64,000 nt of DNA from Octopus sinensis (Eukaryota), in the NCBI RefSeq assembly GCF_006345805.1, contig NW_021832381.1, positions 1-64,000 on the forward strand, written 5' to 3'. Below, in pieces: positions 1-13,333 of the stretch (positions are counted from its first letter, which is position 1; the number at the start of each line of letters is the position of its first letter). The position numbers and the translations under genes are program-made. The notes beneath the pieces are model-generated. The model was given only the letters and a program-made list of their open reading frames with translations. It had not been told where the DNA came from and did not search any database.

Positions 1-813
1 ATTTTACTGCCAAGTTCTCTAATATAAAAATCACAAAAAACAATATGTGGGAAATATGCAGAATAATCCGTATGCTTGTTTTGAATAAAACTTTTAAAAA
101 TATTCATCCCATAAAATGTAATTTTGCCATTCGAAAATAAAATGTCGGTCAAATAAATTTGAAGTACTAAATTAAATATGTAGAGAAATTTTGTTGCAAC
201 ATAGACATGTGATAAATAATATCCATTGGAATTATCTGTAAAAATTTCAAATATTTTTGTTTCACGATTTTCTAATTTTTTGCATGAATTGCGAGTATTT
301 AATATTAGTTCAAAATGTTTAGTTGCAAAATTTAAACAAAATTGGTTGTCTCGAAAATTATTTACTTTTTCAAACTTAAATGGAATTTCTAGAAGACTGC
401 TAAAACTAATTTTCCCTGCTTTTTGCATAACAGTCCAGAAGAACCAAGGAAGTTGGTAACAAATTGCACATGCAATTAAAATCCAGATGACCCAGTTGTA
501 ATAATTATTTTTTTCAATCAAATACATTTCTGATTCATGGATGCTCTGATTAATAGGAACTTTATATTTTTTAGATATCAAGCAAACATCTAAAATATAT
601 CCGTGGAAACTACCTAAATTAATATTATTAATAAAAAATACTTTCTAGATGCCTTGGGCACATGCAAAATATTTCTCCCTTCATTTTTTGATTAGTAATA
701 ATCGTAACAAAGAAGAGAATCAAATAAGTAGTGAATGAGTGATTAAGTCGGTCGATGAAATCATCTTGCCTTTTAGTTCTAAAAGTATTTTTGAGAACTT
801 CAAGTAAGTCCAT
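1..813 (-). CDS. Innexin (gap-junction/pannexin family), multi-exon, runs off the window start
   Basis: Spliced translation gives DDFIDRLNHSFTT...CMCPRHLE|SSFHGYILDVC, YNWVIWILIACAICYQLPWFFW and FPHIVFCDFYIRELG. These match the innexin motifs DD..DRLN, YYQW...LP...W and FPR...CDF.IR.LG. A short GT-AG intron lies near 615-642. Confidence 0.9.
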
Positions 814-1725
814 AACTAATTGAAAACGTAAAATCAGTAATAAATAATCATTTATTAATTTCGTAATTAAATCACTTGAAAAATGTTACCGTAAATTTCA
901 TATACTATTCTAGTTTTTGCAATATGGACTAAATTTACATAACACAGACTGCATTTTTTGCTTGACGAGTGACGTCGTCATCAGTGAAGATTCATTGCGG
1001 AACTGGATTGTCTATCTTGGAAAAAAATAAATAAACCAGTAAAGATCATTCCACGGTCCTACCTACGATTAGCTAAAAATAAATTCTTTATTTAAAATAA
1101 AGTGTGTGTCCTGCTTGTGCGGAGCTATAAAATAGTATGCCTCTATGGAAAAGGCTATATTGAATTTTGACTTTATTCTAGTTTTTGGAAATCTGTTGAC
1201 GTCATGACTCATTTTAAGATCTAAGTTAGTGGTTTTTATATTCGAAATACAAAAATTAAGAACAATAATACACCTGTTAATTTTAGTCTGATCTGATAGT
1301 CTAAATACAAATTTTGTTATTTACAAAATTGTATTCATAAGTTTAGGAATAAATGAACTTACTAATTGATTTTTAAAAGTTTATATACTAACAAAATAAA
1401 TAATTGTCAACAAACTTGAAATAATTGTCAACAAATCTGTTTGAAAGTAGTAATATTAATTAGAAAAAAAATGTATTTAGTCAAATATGTCAAGAATTTA
1501 AAAAAATTGATCAATTTCTGTTTGAATATTTGGCAAAAAAATAGGAAGTGTGTTAGTAAATTAAAATTATTGAAAATAGAAATATTCATCGATCATAAAT
1601 TATTTTGTTAAATTTTAATAACTATAAAATTAATTTTAAATAAATTATAAATTTTGAATTAATTGTTCTGTGTTATTGTGCTCACGTTTAATTCCTAACG
1701 AAATAGGAACATCTTGTTTAAATAA

Positions 1726-3160
1726 ATGAGCTCAGATATAATTCCTCAAGAAATTACTGTTATTAGTAAGTATCTAATTTAATATCATTTAAACTGTTGA
1801 TTAAATAATATTTTTAGTTATGAATGGAAAAAACATAGTGGGCAGAAAAAGCGGTTTGTGTTTCTAATCTAACTCCCAAGGTCTGAGAAGTTTTTCATGT
1901 GTTTTTGGCATCGGAAACAAGAAATTTACGACTACAAACGACCCTGTAAGCGAGGGAAATCCAAAATGGAACGAAGAGGCCACAGTGTATATAAAAATAA
2001 TTCTAAGCCCAGGCCAATCAAAGTTGACTGCAAAGACGATCTTGTTCTTAAAATTTGCGACAATTCCAAAAAAATAGGGAAAATTCAGGTCCCATTGACA
2101 GATATTTCTGTTGATCCAGTTCGCAGGTTTTCAATTTACATAAAATATAGTCTAAAAATACTTCAAATCAAACCATCAAAAAATTTTCCAAATTGTTCAG
2201 GACAAATAACCTTTAAATGCTGGGTCTCCAAAGTATATCCCCTGGATATCGCAGATAAATCGATCCGAATAAGATCCATGTCCACTTTTTTGGCCAAAAA
2301 ACCCAAAATAAGTGCATCCAAATATTCAATTGACGGGTCTTCTGTCGTAACTGGTGTAACTTCGATTCCTTCAATTCCACCTATTGTCGAAGATTACACA
2401 AAAAATAACCACAAAGACCCACGGAAAGGATCTCAGAAGAATTCATGGACAGAAACGATGATTAGTAGTGGAATTGGCGACTCACGACAAGACTGTTCTG
2501 ACTGTATAAACGACGACCAAGTCCCCCATGTGGAGAAAATTGACCCAAGGTTCATAAAAATGAACAAAAGACAAAAAATTTCTATTCACGGAAAAAATTT
2601 TGGTTCTTCGATCCAGGACATTGCCGACGTTGAGATTGGAGGGATATCAATATTGTCAAATGTCCTCTATCATTCTTCTAGTCTTTTATTTGCTACGATA
2701 GAAGCTAATTTGCTTGTATAATTACTGTATGCTATAATTACTAGGATTCAATTGAGGAAGCTGAAGTTATAATTACTTCTAGAACCAGGGGAAAGGGAAC
2801 ATGTAGTACCTCTCTTTGTGCACAAAATAGGGGGAAAAGTGTTAAGGACAGAAGAATGTCTCAAAAAATTAAAGATTTTGTGGTATGATTTATTATTAAA
2901 ATTTTATCAACAATTAGGTTAATGATTCTGTTCACTCAAACCGTACGTTGAATCCATTTGATGACCAGGCTTCTGTACTAAATGCTAAAATTGACGACTT
3001 GAATAAAAAAAATATTGGTTTTTTTAATTATTACGCACTTAAAGATTTAATTGCAGAAAATAATTCGCTTAAACAATCTTTTAAAGATTTGAAGGATCGT
3101 TATGATCAACTCCTCGTCAAAGTGCTTGTACAATGTCCTGAAATTTTGGAAGTCCTTTAA
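1726..3160 (+). CDS. Rab11-FIP-like protein: N-terminal C2 domain, central Sec5/Exoc2-like IPT/TIG domain, C-terminal FIP-RBD
   Basis: Spliced N-terminus MSSDIIPQEITVIIMNGKNIVGRKSGLRSFSCVFGIGNKKFTTT...NPKWNEEAT resembles the class I FIP C2. VEKIDPRF...ISIHGKNFGSSIQDIADVEIGG...AEVIITSRTRGKGT is IPT/TIG-like. The C-terminus LKDRYDQLLVKVLVQCPEILEVL matches the FIP-RBD motif (LEDYIDNLLVRVME..P.IL). Confidence 0.75.
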
Positions 3161-3399
3161 TATTTAAATTAATGATTTATTCTTAGTTATGCTTATAAAA
3201 ATAATTTTTTAATTAAAGTACAAATTTTAAATTACATGAAGCACAAATAGATAGGTCGATTAACAATAATTGTTTTAATTTTTAAAATTTTGCTTTTATT
3301 TTACCTGGTTTGAAAAATGCCTAGTCTTCTGTCTAGGGTGTTTTCAATAGATTTCAAAATGCAATTTTTATATGAAATGTCAAGCAAAAATTTTAATCT

Positions 3400-4600
3400 T
3401 CATTCTCCACCTTGCGTCTCCTCAATCTCCTCAAATATTTTTTTCTTGCGTTTCATAATTGTTTAATTATAGTGCAAATTTCGAAAAACCTGAATCAACC
3501 ACTCTAGCTAAGCAGGACAAGGAATACTTTTCCTTTATGGATAATTTCCAGTTAGCATGCTAGCAGGTCGTATTTGTACATTTGCTTCACTTCTACCTGT
3601 CTGAGGCGATGCTGGGACGTTCCGATCTTGATAATGGCAATCTGGATCGTTGTATTGTCATGGAAAGAATATCGGGTTTGTTGTTTTCACTACAGTGTCG
3701 ATTCTGATTGTTTTATTTACTCTTATTTCGTCAAACTCATTAGTCACAGCAGATTGAACTGAATGAATTTTGCTGCATAAATGCAGATGCATGCACTTGA
3801 CGGTCTCGTTATCTGTTTAAAATACAGTCCGATTCCGGTTTGGATCGCCAATTGGGGCGGTGTCGGACTGTATAAGCTGCTGAGCATCCTCTCACATTTC
3901 TTAGTAAGGTTGTCAACTGTCTTTTTGCAGAATTATAGTGCTTACATTAATTTTCACCACACCAGAAAAACAAATTGCGGCCTTTCAGTAAGCATAACAT
4001 TCCATCAACTGGCGGAGAGTTATTTCCGTTTATTAGCCACCTTTCAGATTTGACAACGTTCACTTCAGTACTTTTCAAACACTGATATAGAATTTAATGT
4101 AACAGTTTCTACTCAATTTTTACTATCAGATGTTTAATCTTTTTTAGTTCTTTGGATGTCAATCCTTTCACATTGCCAATGTTGTACTTTCAAAAAATAA
4201 AATCCCCAATTGTGGGCATATATGTTTTTTCTTTTTTGTATGACCATTAGAATCTCTGGCCTTCTCAAACAGTGATTGACTTTATGTTCAAGGTTTCAAA
4301 GAAACTTTGGGAGAATTCGTTAAGCTTTACTACTTATAGACTCGAGACCTGACCATAGACTTTCTTTTTTTACTTGCCGGAAATTTATTCAATTGTCCGT
4401 TACGATTTAAAGAATCTTCTTGTCGATGCATTCGAATTCTTTGGACTCGATATCAATAAGCCTAATATAATAATTGTAAGGATACTGCAAATTCGTCGAT
4501 TATCTTGAACAGGTGCACTGAATGTAGTTTTGTGGCTCGTAGACTTTTAGAGTAGAAACCAGTAGACTGACAAAAGAATAAAATCATTAAACTTTATTCC
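3400..4600 (-). mobile_element. Decayed RLE-type (R4/NeSL-like) non-LTR retrotransposon, RT thumb to endonuclease
   Basis: Broken frames read ATKLHSVHLFKIIDEFAVS, YIRLIDIESKEFECIDKKI, SERWLINGN...LLKGRNLFF, LTKKCERML, DNETVKCMHLHLCSK...EIRVNKTIRID and RLRQVEVKQMYKYDLLA. Many stops and frameshifts. Confidence 0.7.
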
Positions 4601-5083
4601 TTTCATTGAAAATGACTAATTAACTTATTGAGTTTGGGTAAGTAATTCAAAAAAAATATGTATTTAGAAAAAAGAAAAAATAACAGAAGATTTACATCAA
4701 GACAAGACTACGTGTTAATTATTTTCAAGCCTAATTTTATATAATTAAATAATGTTTAAAATTTTTTAATTGACCTAGTTAACAAATAATTCATTGATTA
4801 AAAGTAGAAAATTGTCCAAATACGAATCAAAAACATACTTTGAATATTTAAGTGTAGGCTAGACAAGCGATGTAAACTCAGCGTATAAACATGTAACCTT
4901 TGTTTATTAAATCAACCATTCTTCCTAGGAGATATTAATCCTCATTAATTGGGCCTTGTAAATTATATTCATGATGATTCTCGAAAAGAATGCCAAATAA
5001 AACTCTTATGTAATTTTTATAATTAAAAGCTAATTATAACAAATATCAAAAACTTAAAGAGTAAATCATAACTCCACTAATTA

Positions 5084-6209
5084 TTAAGAAATCATTTCCC
5101 ATAAGACATGTCCAAAATAAGGTGATATAAAAGCAGTAACACACGATACAACCAAGTTAACTTCATTATTGGTTAGCAGGTCCCATCCAGAAATATGTTC
5201 AACATCTTCTCCAGGAGAATCAGTTATTTTTCCATCTTTATTTTTTCCTAGAAAAACCAAAACAAATTTTAACCAGAAAATTGTAAAATAGATCCCAACA
5301 AAGAATCAAGAACTGATCCAACAGTGCCAGCTATACAACAAACAAGTATTATCGGCCACTGAGGATCCTCAGCAAGTGTTGAGAACATGTAGTGATATAT
5401 ATATGTAGAAATATAAAATATCACACCGATCACAATCCCTCCTAAAAAACTCATAAAAGTCCCGATCAAAGTGACCCCTCCATTTACTCCCGGAGACACA
5501 ATTTTAAAAGAAATTATCGAATATGTTGTAAATGATGTAAAGGATGATCCTATTTCTGAAGCCAGGGTATCGGCCAGAGAGCATGACAAAGACCCAAGAA
5601 ATGCAATTTTTGAATTTGAGGTTAAAAATAATTTCCCAAAATCAATTGCGGGGTCGTTCAATTGCCCATTTTTTAAAACTCCCAAAATTGAAAGAGCGGG
5701 AATTCCGCCATTACAAATTACTTGAATCCAATTTCTTTTTGAGTCTAAATAATAAATAAAAGTATATTTCCTGGTTTATTATAAATGCGTCTTTTAGTTG
5801 ATTTTCGAAATTTTGTTGCTTTGGATGCAATTCCAAAATATATTATTAAAGTTATGAAACAAATTGGAGAAGAAACATAAACAATTATACCAATAAAAAA
5901 TGCTATTGTGTTTAAAATATACTTATAATTAAATTATATTTTATATAATAATAAACCAGTAATTATCCCAGAACTTGTAAGCGAGGACCTAGACAGTCTT
6001 GAGATTATGAGATTAAAAAGAATTGCACAAAAAATGCGAAAAATTGACGGGGAATTAATATCTAATATTAAAAATGCGTGATTACTTGAAAAAAGTGCTA
6101 GACAAAGCCACTGAAAGAATGATACATTAATCGAAATAAGAACTAAAAAAGCAAATAAATTTTTTCTTATGTTGCCAAACAAGCGCCATGGAAATAAATA
6201 TGTCAGCAT
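5084..6209 (-). CDS. TMEM19: Transmembrane protein 19 (DUF92 family), multi-exon
   Basis: SLTSSGIITG, SLADTLASEIGS, VSPGVNGGVTLIG, GSVLDSLLGSILQFSG and ISGWDLLTNNEVNL are DUF92/TMEM19 motifs. Confidence 0.9.
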
Positions 6210-6489
6210 CACAAGACTCAGATATTGAAATACAATAATGTTAAATTATTTATTCGTTTTTGATAAATATAAAAATCAGAGATAAACTCTTTAGATAGTT
6301 TGATTAATCATTAATTTTAAAGATTAACTAAAATCTATGTTGCCCGTCATATTAATAAATAAATAAAATTCTCGACGAGAACCTCAAAGGCATCGGGAAA
6401 CGCCTTAAAGCTAAAGAGAATCTCGGAATTTTTTGCATGACATATGTCACGAGCCTAGCGCTTTACTGAACTTAAGTGGTTACATTTCT

Positions 6490-6670
6490 GATCGAGTTCT
6501 GATCCTGCAAATTACAAGTCAATCAGTCTCCTATATCCTATCTAAAAAATCGTGGGAAAAAATGTCGTTAAAAGACAATCAACTTATATTAAAGATAAAA
6601 AGTATCTTTTGCAAGACCAATGGAGATTTCGGCGTAACAAAGGCACTGGAAATTTTTTTCACTTCTAAAG
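6490..6670 (+). mobile_element. Short RT fragment of the APE-LINE family seen intact at 50479-54366
   Basis: Reads DPANYKSISLL...STYIKDKKYLLQDQWRFRRNKGTGNF, against DPANYRPISLI...STYIEDKQYLLKEQWGFRRNKGTGNC in the intact ORF2. Confidence 0.75.
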
Positions 6671-8020
6671 GTTTCTTGCCATTCCCCCGATTGATCCCAA
6701 TGTGTTCAACTATGGAGGGGATTCCGGCGACTTCCAAAGCTCTCACGATAAGGTCATTTAGAGCAGCGTGTCGTAGGATACGACCAGAACTGCACCTACA
6801 CGATAAAGCGTGCAGACCAAAACGACAGATTTTTTGCACCACAGGGGCAGACATGTGGCTCAAATATGCGAAATACGAGGCGTAAACAAACCCCAGTCCT
6901 AACGGACTCATTGTACAAAAGGTTCCCAATACTTGGTAGTAGAGCGGCATTTAAACAGGAACCGCTGTAGGAAAGACAGGCCGTCTTAAAGCAGGCCAAA
7001 CGATGTTGTTCGAAGGATGCAGGGAAGATCAGTAAGAATGTCCACATGCAGATAACATGGTGCACTTCTGAGGTAGTAGAGTAATTTGGCCAGGGCGAAA
7101 AAGTTATTCGCGAAAAAAAAGCCGACATGGGTGTCCAAAGTTGTAAGGCGGTTCAAAAAACGAATGAGTGTGAAATTTTTAATACGAAGATCAGTCTTAA
7201 TAGCGGTTGATAGAATGGAGGATCCGAGAATCAGGAGATCGTTGACATCAATCGTGCGCTTTTGACAAGACCAGTGTGGAAGGACGATGATAGATGGTCA
7301 AAGGGTTCATTACCAAGGTTGAGGCTAACTAATTTAGATTTTGCGCAGTTCTCCAGTTTAATCTTAAGAATTAACTAGGTTTAGAAGATAAAAAACTCTA
7401 GTACACGAAACGTCAAAATCCCCTTCAATGACAACCGCCAGCTTCCTGCATGTCAGGGAGTTCGTGAGTACTAACTAATCCAAAAAGACGCTCTATTGTT
7501 GGCACCTGTCAGCGACGGCAATCCTAGCGGCTTTCGAAATTTTTATGCATATCTTCCGTGCCCGGCGCAGACCGGCAACAGTGGATAACACATCTTTGAA
7601 GAGGATGTCACGAACAGCTGAATAAAACAAAGGTGGAGGATTTTGAAAAAATTCTGACTTTGAAACACTTAGACCCGTTGGACATTTCCAGATTGCAAGG
7701 GCCGCAGATGATAACTTAGTTAAACCGGCACGAGATAAGTGAACATCTCTCTGGCAGTTGAAGCATTTCCTCGCCTTCTTCCAAGTATTATTGGTCAAGC
7801 AAATAAGGCATTGGAATAATTGAAAAGATTCGATATGAGACGGATTTGTAGTTAAGTGATTGATTAAAAGATGATATAACAAAGAATTATCGAGAAAGAA
7901 TTGATATGTTAGGAAGCTGACGCTCGACTGCAGAGCCGAGGCTAACAGCCTCATCAGCTTTGGAATTACAGCAGGCTTCAGTCATCCATTGGAAATGACA
8001 TAATCCTCCCGGCCGTTAGA
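6670..8020 (-). mobile_element. Internally deleted CRE-clade (RLE) non-LTR retrotransposon
   Basis: C-terminal HVCPCGA...FGLHALSCRCSSGRILRHAALNDLIVRALEVAGIP...GINRGNGK is the CCHC finger plus RLE lead-in. The N-terminal-like segment reads RDILFKDVLST...ICIKISKAARIAVAD. Confidence 0.7.
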
Positions 8021-9860
8021 TGCCTCAGATGCAACCAATTTGAACACAAGTCCCAGGGGTGCACCGAAAAAGTCCGGTATCTGCTCTATGGGGGCGAACA
8101 TAAACACAAGAACTGACCGAAAACAAAACCCGGTTCCAACGACCCTGCTGAGAGAACCTGCATAAATTGCAACAATCCTGGATATCTGGTGGATGCCAGT
8201 CAGCCAAAGCCAAGAAAGCTGCCATACGGGTTGTAAACAGTCCGCTGCCTAGAAACCCGGTCCGCTGGGCAAAGGTCGAACAAACAGAATCAGTATGAAC
8301 GAAGGGGTCCATCCCTGGTCCGTCCAAAGTCGATGTCTGCATCCAGACACTGCCAAAACTCAACCCATTCATCAATCCGAAGCCGATGGCTGACATCAGT
8401 TCCAGTACCAGAGCTGGTCGTACGACTGTCACCTGCAAGAAGACAATACTTCGTCGCAAATAGATACCTACTCGGACCAGGACCTGTGCAACAGAGATGC
8501 CTTTTTAAAATTCTTTTGCCTTTATGTGGAAGCACTGATAAAACTAGGTGTAGAACCTGAAATGCTGCAACAGCTCCTATTATAGGGAAGGACACCAACA
8601 ACATAGCTCATATTAAGATCATCGCTGTGAATGCCCGATCTATCAAGAGAAGGCACCACGATTTCGTGAGATGGTAAACAGCAGTCGTCCAGACATTATT
8701 GTCGCCAACGAGTCCACGCTCAAGGAAGATTACTCATACTAAATCCCCCGGTACCTGAATCTAAAATGGACTATCTGCTTTATCCTAGAACCGGATGGAA
8801 CATATTCTCTCTTGATAAACTTCAAGTCCGTAACTTCAATATTATCGAGGACACTCTTTGTGAATTCCTATCTCTGAAGGTGAAAACCGAATCTTTCTAG
8901 CTGAAAGTCGGAGCCATGTATTGGCAAAACCTCTCTCCCTGGGACAACTTTGTTTGAGCGTCTGCTCGCATACTGTCGCGGATTTAATAAAAAAGCCCAC
9001 GGTACGATGACATGGGGAATGGCCATTTACCAATTGAGGTCAAAATTCACGCGGACATCGAAAAGTAAGAACTTTAATCCACTCGATACATCCTATCAAA
9101 GATCAACTGGCCGCACTACTAAGCTCTGTGAGTGCATTCTAGCACGACTACTGTCGCCTGGTCAGTTACGGCTTTGTCCTTGATATCGACATCTCGAGTG
9201 AGGCGTAAACGAGATTCATGCAATGCTATCTGAACACTCAAGCAAACAAGCCACGTACTTGGCAGGGGCAGAAGGTTAATCCAAACACCAAAGTTACAAA
9301 CTTCCTCAGCGAAAGAAAGAGTTTGTAGTACAAACTCAGACGCAATGTGAACTTTATCGCCTGACCCACACTTAAAAAAATAATGTGTGCGATTGGACGA
9401 AAACTTGATTACACGATAAAGCTCAACGTCGCAAGCAAATGGCACAACCGAGGTTGTGCAATCATTCCGGCATGCCTGCTTAGCCGAAGGAGATTCCAGA
9501 AATATTTGCAGAACACCTGAACTCCAAGAGGCGTATTCAGGAACACCGCAAGGTGGCGAGTCGGAACCACTGCTACGCCAATTGTCCTCGGACCATTACT
9601 TGATCACCTCCGCAAAAGTGATTCGTACGGTAAGAAACAACGTTCCTGGCAAGACTGTCTTTGGCAAACCTGAAATGGAGCCACATATCAAAAGTATGGA
9701 AAATCTCCAAGGTCCGGATGGTCAAAAAGCCTGCAAAGGCAATGAATCTAACTAGCAACTACCGTCCAATAGCCAATAATCTCAAGACTAATGAAAAAAA
9801 TCATGGCCAAGTGCATTGACTTCTTCGCCGAAGTGAAGAACGTGTTGTTCCCACAAAAAT
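8020..9860 (+). mobile_element. Decayed APE-type LINE (ORF1 zinc knuckles, then ORF2 endonuclease)
   Basis: LRCNQFEHKSQGC..., CINCNNPG knuckles. KIIAVNARSIKRR and NFNIIEDTLCEF...KVGAMY align to the ORF2 at 50653-53214. Multiple stops. Confidence 0.75.
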
Positions 9861-9983
9861 GGGCAATGTCTGATTGTTAGTTTTTGCGAACCCGGTAATC
9901 TATAAAATTTTTTTTAATTTGTAGGCTACCTCTTCTACATAAACTTTATACAATAAAATTTTTTTAAATTTATATAGAAAAAA

Positions 9984-10056
9984 CGACCACGATGGGATTC
10001 GAACCCACAATCTTCTGGTTCGAAGCCAGACGCCTTATCCGTTAGGCCACGCGGCC
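9984..10056 (-). tRNA. tRNA-Arg(TCG)
   Basis: 73-nt GGCCGCGTGGCCTAACGGATAAGGCG-TCTGG-CTTCGAA-CCAGA-AGATTGTGGGTTCGAATCCCATCGTGGTCG, followed by a T-run Pol III terminator. Confidence 0.95.
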
Positions 10057-10315
10057 TTTGATTCTAATTCGCATTTCATTAAATGATACGCCTATCTTTC
10101 TTCTACTGGACTTGAATTTATCTCTCCACCCTTTTATTTTTTAACAGTGCAACCCTTTTTTGGGCGATCCCGGAGGTTTTCCAAAACAGACTTTAGACTG
10201 TATCTAAATAATAGCTATAACTAAAAATATGTTTAATTTCTCTCTATAATACAATTAATCTTTATTCGAATCCTAGACAATATAAGCCATTACAAATAAG
10301 CATAAAAGTAAAAGA

Positions 10316-12246
10316 CTAATTTTCTCTTTGACTTCTCTCTTCTGAAATTATCATCCTTTCCAACTCTTTTATTACCTCGCATCGAGGTACCCTGACCTAA
10401 CAATCAAATATAATCACAAAAACCTCCTCCCGAGAATTAACTCGTTGAATAACCACAATTTCGTTCGCAATTTCATCCTCCCCAATGATGACCGCAAACT
10501 TTATTTTCTTGTCTTGACATATAATTTTTTGCCCTTTAAATTTTGTATTTTCTTTATAACAAAACTCGGTCTACGTATATGATTCGATCACGGATACATT
10601 AATTCCCCCATCAAACAATTCGCGACACAATTTGATCCTTTCATGAATCATTTGATTACTCTTCTCTTTGCTTGGAATCGAAATCACAAACACGTCTGTG
10701 TAGTTTGTCTTCAAGTTTTGATTATTTTTCTGAAAATAATTAATTTTTGTAGTTATTTATCGAAATATTAAAAAAAACTTTTAATTGCGATTCTGAAAAT
10801 GCGAAAAGGCGTTCAACTCCAATGGAGAAACCGACACAGGGAATTTGTGATCCCTTCTCTTGAAACATATTTACTAAGTTATCATAACGGCCGCCTCCCG
10901 CAACACTTCCCACAGAATACTCGTCTTCACACTGCCCTAATTGAAATATGCAAAACACAAAACCTATAAACTGTACTTCAAATATAAGTCCTGTGTAATA
11001 ATCCAACCCTCTCGCCAAACTCAAGTCGAAATTTAACTAATATTAGCTGTTAAACTACTTTGGAAGCTATTCCAAAAGATTCGCAATACTCAAAAAGGGT
11101 CTCCATTTCCTTCAAAGCTTCTTGAGCACCTGCATTTCTTTTCAATGTTTCGTCCATTTGTAATTTTTCGACCAACTCCTTTCCTCCTATATAATTATCA
11201 TATTCAAGTTAATAAAATAATTAATCATTCAAATAAAACCGTTTAGTTGAACATATTTCTTAAGGTTTCCAACCACATGTGAATTAATATTTTTAATTTG
11301 CAGCAGCTCAGTTTCAACTTCATCCCATGAAATCTCAATTGTATTAAAAATCAGAGTACTTTGTCTAATTTATCAATCGAAGAACAAATCGTTGTGAATT
11401 TATCAGGAGGAGAATCTAAAGATTCCAACAACCCGTCCAGCAATTTTCTACTGTTTATCTACCCTTTGATACAGCAATATCACCTTTATTACAAAATCAG
11501 ACAAATCGAGATTAGTGAAAATCTCATAAATTATCCGTAACACCTCCGCATCTGGCAGCAACGAGGAATAGTCTCCGGCAATGTCAAAGTCCTTAGGAAA
11601 TAGTTTCTTGTAGAACTTACACATTGCATGAACTCCCTAAACCTTCCGCGACCCATAGCGGGATTGTCTCTCCTGTATACTTTACCAATGTGATATCTTT
11701 TCATATTCATAATCTTTCTCGATGCCAAATATCTGGCAAAAGGGACCTTCAGGTATTTTTAGTGATAAAAAACTGTTAGATCATATCTTAGAGACAACAA
11801 TTCCCCTCCCTGGTCTGCCAAATCGTAGATCAATTTCGAGTCCTCTCCATATTTCCCCGTTAATAATTCCTTGCGTTCAAAAACTGGGGTGTCGATTCTT
11901 TCGGCTCCGTGTTGCTTAAAGCAGGAAATAATTTTATTGAGAATCTCCTCTCTGATAATCATTTGAGAAGGAATAAAGTCTTTAGTGCCCTGAGTGAATG
12001 TTAGTTCAATTTACTTTGGCTGTCTTTATTTTTAATTTTGGAGTCTCTTGAGCTTTATTTCGTAGAATAAAGAGTTTATTTACTTCACCCTGAATCTTAT
12101 TTTAATTATGGTTTTTTTATATTTACTTCTTCGTTGGTTAAATTTTCGTAGTTGAGAGTTTTTAATATTTCATAGCGGTCGGAAAGTTCTTTAGAACACA
12201 TCGATAAACAACGTGGAAGTCTGATTTTTAAAAAGTTCAAAATCAT
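10316..12246 (-). CDS. HARS: Histidyl-tRNA synthetase, multi-exon, with two in-frame ATGs (12246 and 12201)
   Basis: KIKTAK|[67 protein letters not shown]...[31 protein letters not shown] and [12 protein letters not shown]. Confidence 0.95.
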
Positions 12247-13333
12247 TGATTTGAATTTTGAAAATAATATATTAATAGAAAGTTCCGTTTAATAAATTAT
12301 ATATAATCAATTTTTAGCTTCGTTTCCAAGCAGTTCCTATCGAGTCATCTCGCCAGCCAATCATCGGGATTTTTAAGTGAATAGTTCAGCTTGAGAATAT
12401 TAAGATTAGATTCAATTAAATTAAAAATTATTAGACTAAGGAAAAGTATAATTAAGGAAATCTTAGATTATTTTTAAAGGTTTTTCCTACCAGGTAATAT
12501 CTGACGAGATATCATGTTTCATGGTGATTTGGTTGGCGGAATTGACATCTCAATTATTTAAGGCTTTAGCCTGCTTATATATGAACTGAAGATTGTAAAA
12601 AAATTCATATCTGAACTCATATAATTACAAGTTACTGTGGATAATAAATGGTAAAGAATCAATGGAGTCACTTGTACTTTCAGTCATTTTTAAAGTAAAC
12701 AAAGGCTATTTAAGCTGAAGGTTTGCCAATTTATTGAGACTTCAAGTTTTATAGAGAATACTTTTGTAGCTTTCCTTAAAATGTCATAATTTGTTGAACA
12801 AACACAATGTTATACAGTTAGAGATTACCCGCTACAAAATACGGAAAATAAAATTATAATTCTTATGAATATTGTTTCTTTCACAAATATCTCTCCAGTT
12901 ACAAACATTTCCCCATAGTTTGCTATAAAGCTACTGGAATATATTGATTTTGAATAAAATCGAGCACAAGTGACAGTACTGAATTTTGTGTTTGTTTTTC
13001 AAAACTTTGAGAAATTGATGAAAATCAACAATGGAATATCAGACTAAAAAAATTATTAATTAGATATTTAAATTAATAGAATGAATAAAATACTTTATAT
13101 TTTTTATCGACAATATTTTTTTTGGAGAACTGAAAATATTAAATTAATGTGTTTACCGAAGTACTTATTTCATCAAAATCGATCTCAGCAATATCAAGTG
13201 CTTTATTCCAGCACAAATTATTGTTTTATTTTGCAAAATCTTAATAAAACTTTTCCTTAGGATCTATTAAGAACATTTACGAAATTAAAATAAAAAAGAA
13301 ATTTCTTTTTATAAATAGAATTGTCTTTTTATA

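Noticed and set aside
12260-13320. Possible gene upstream of HARS
   Set aside because: No frame or splice model gave a recognisable protein; left unannotated.
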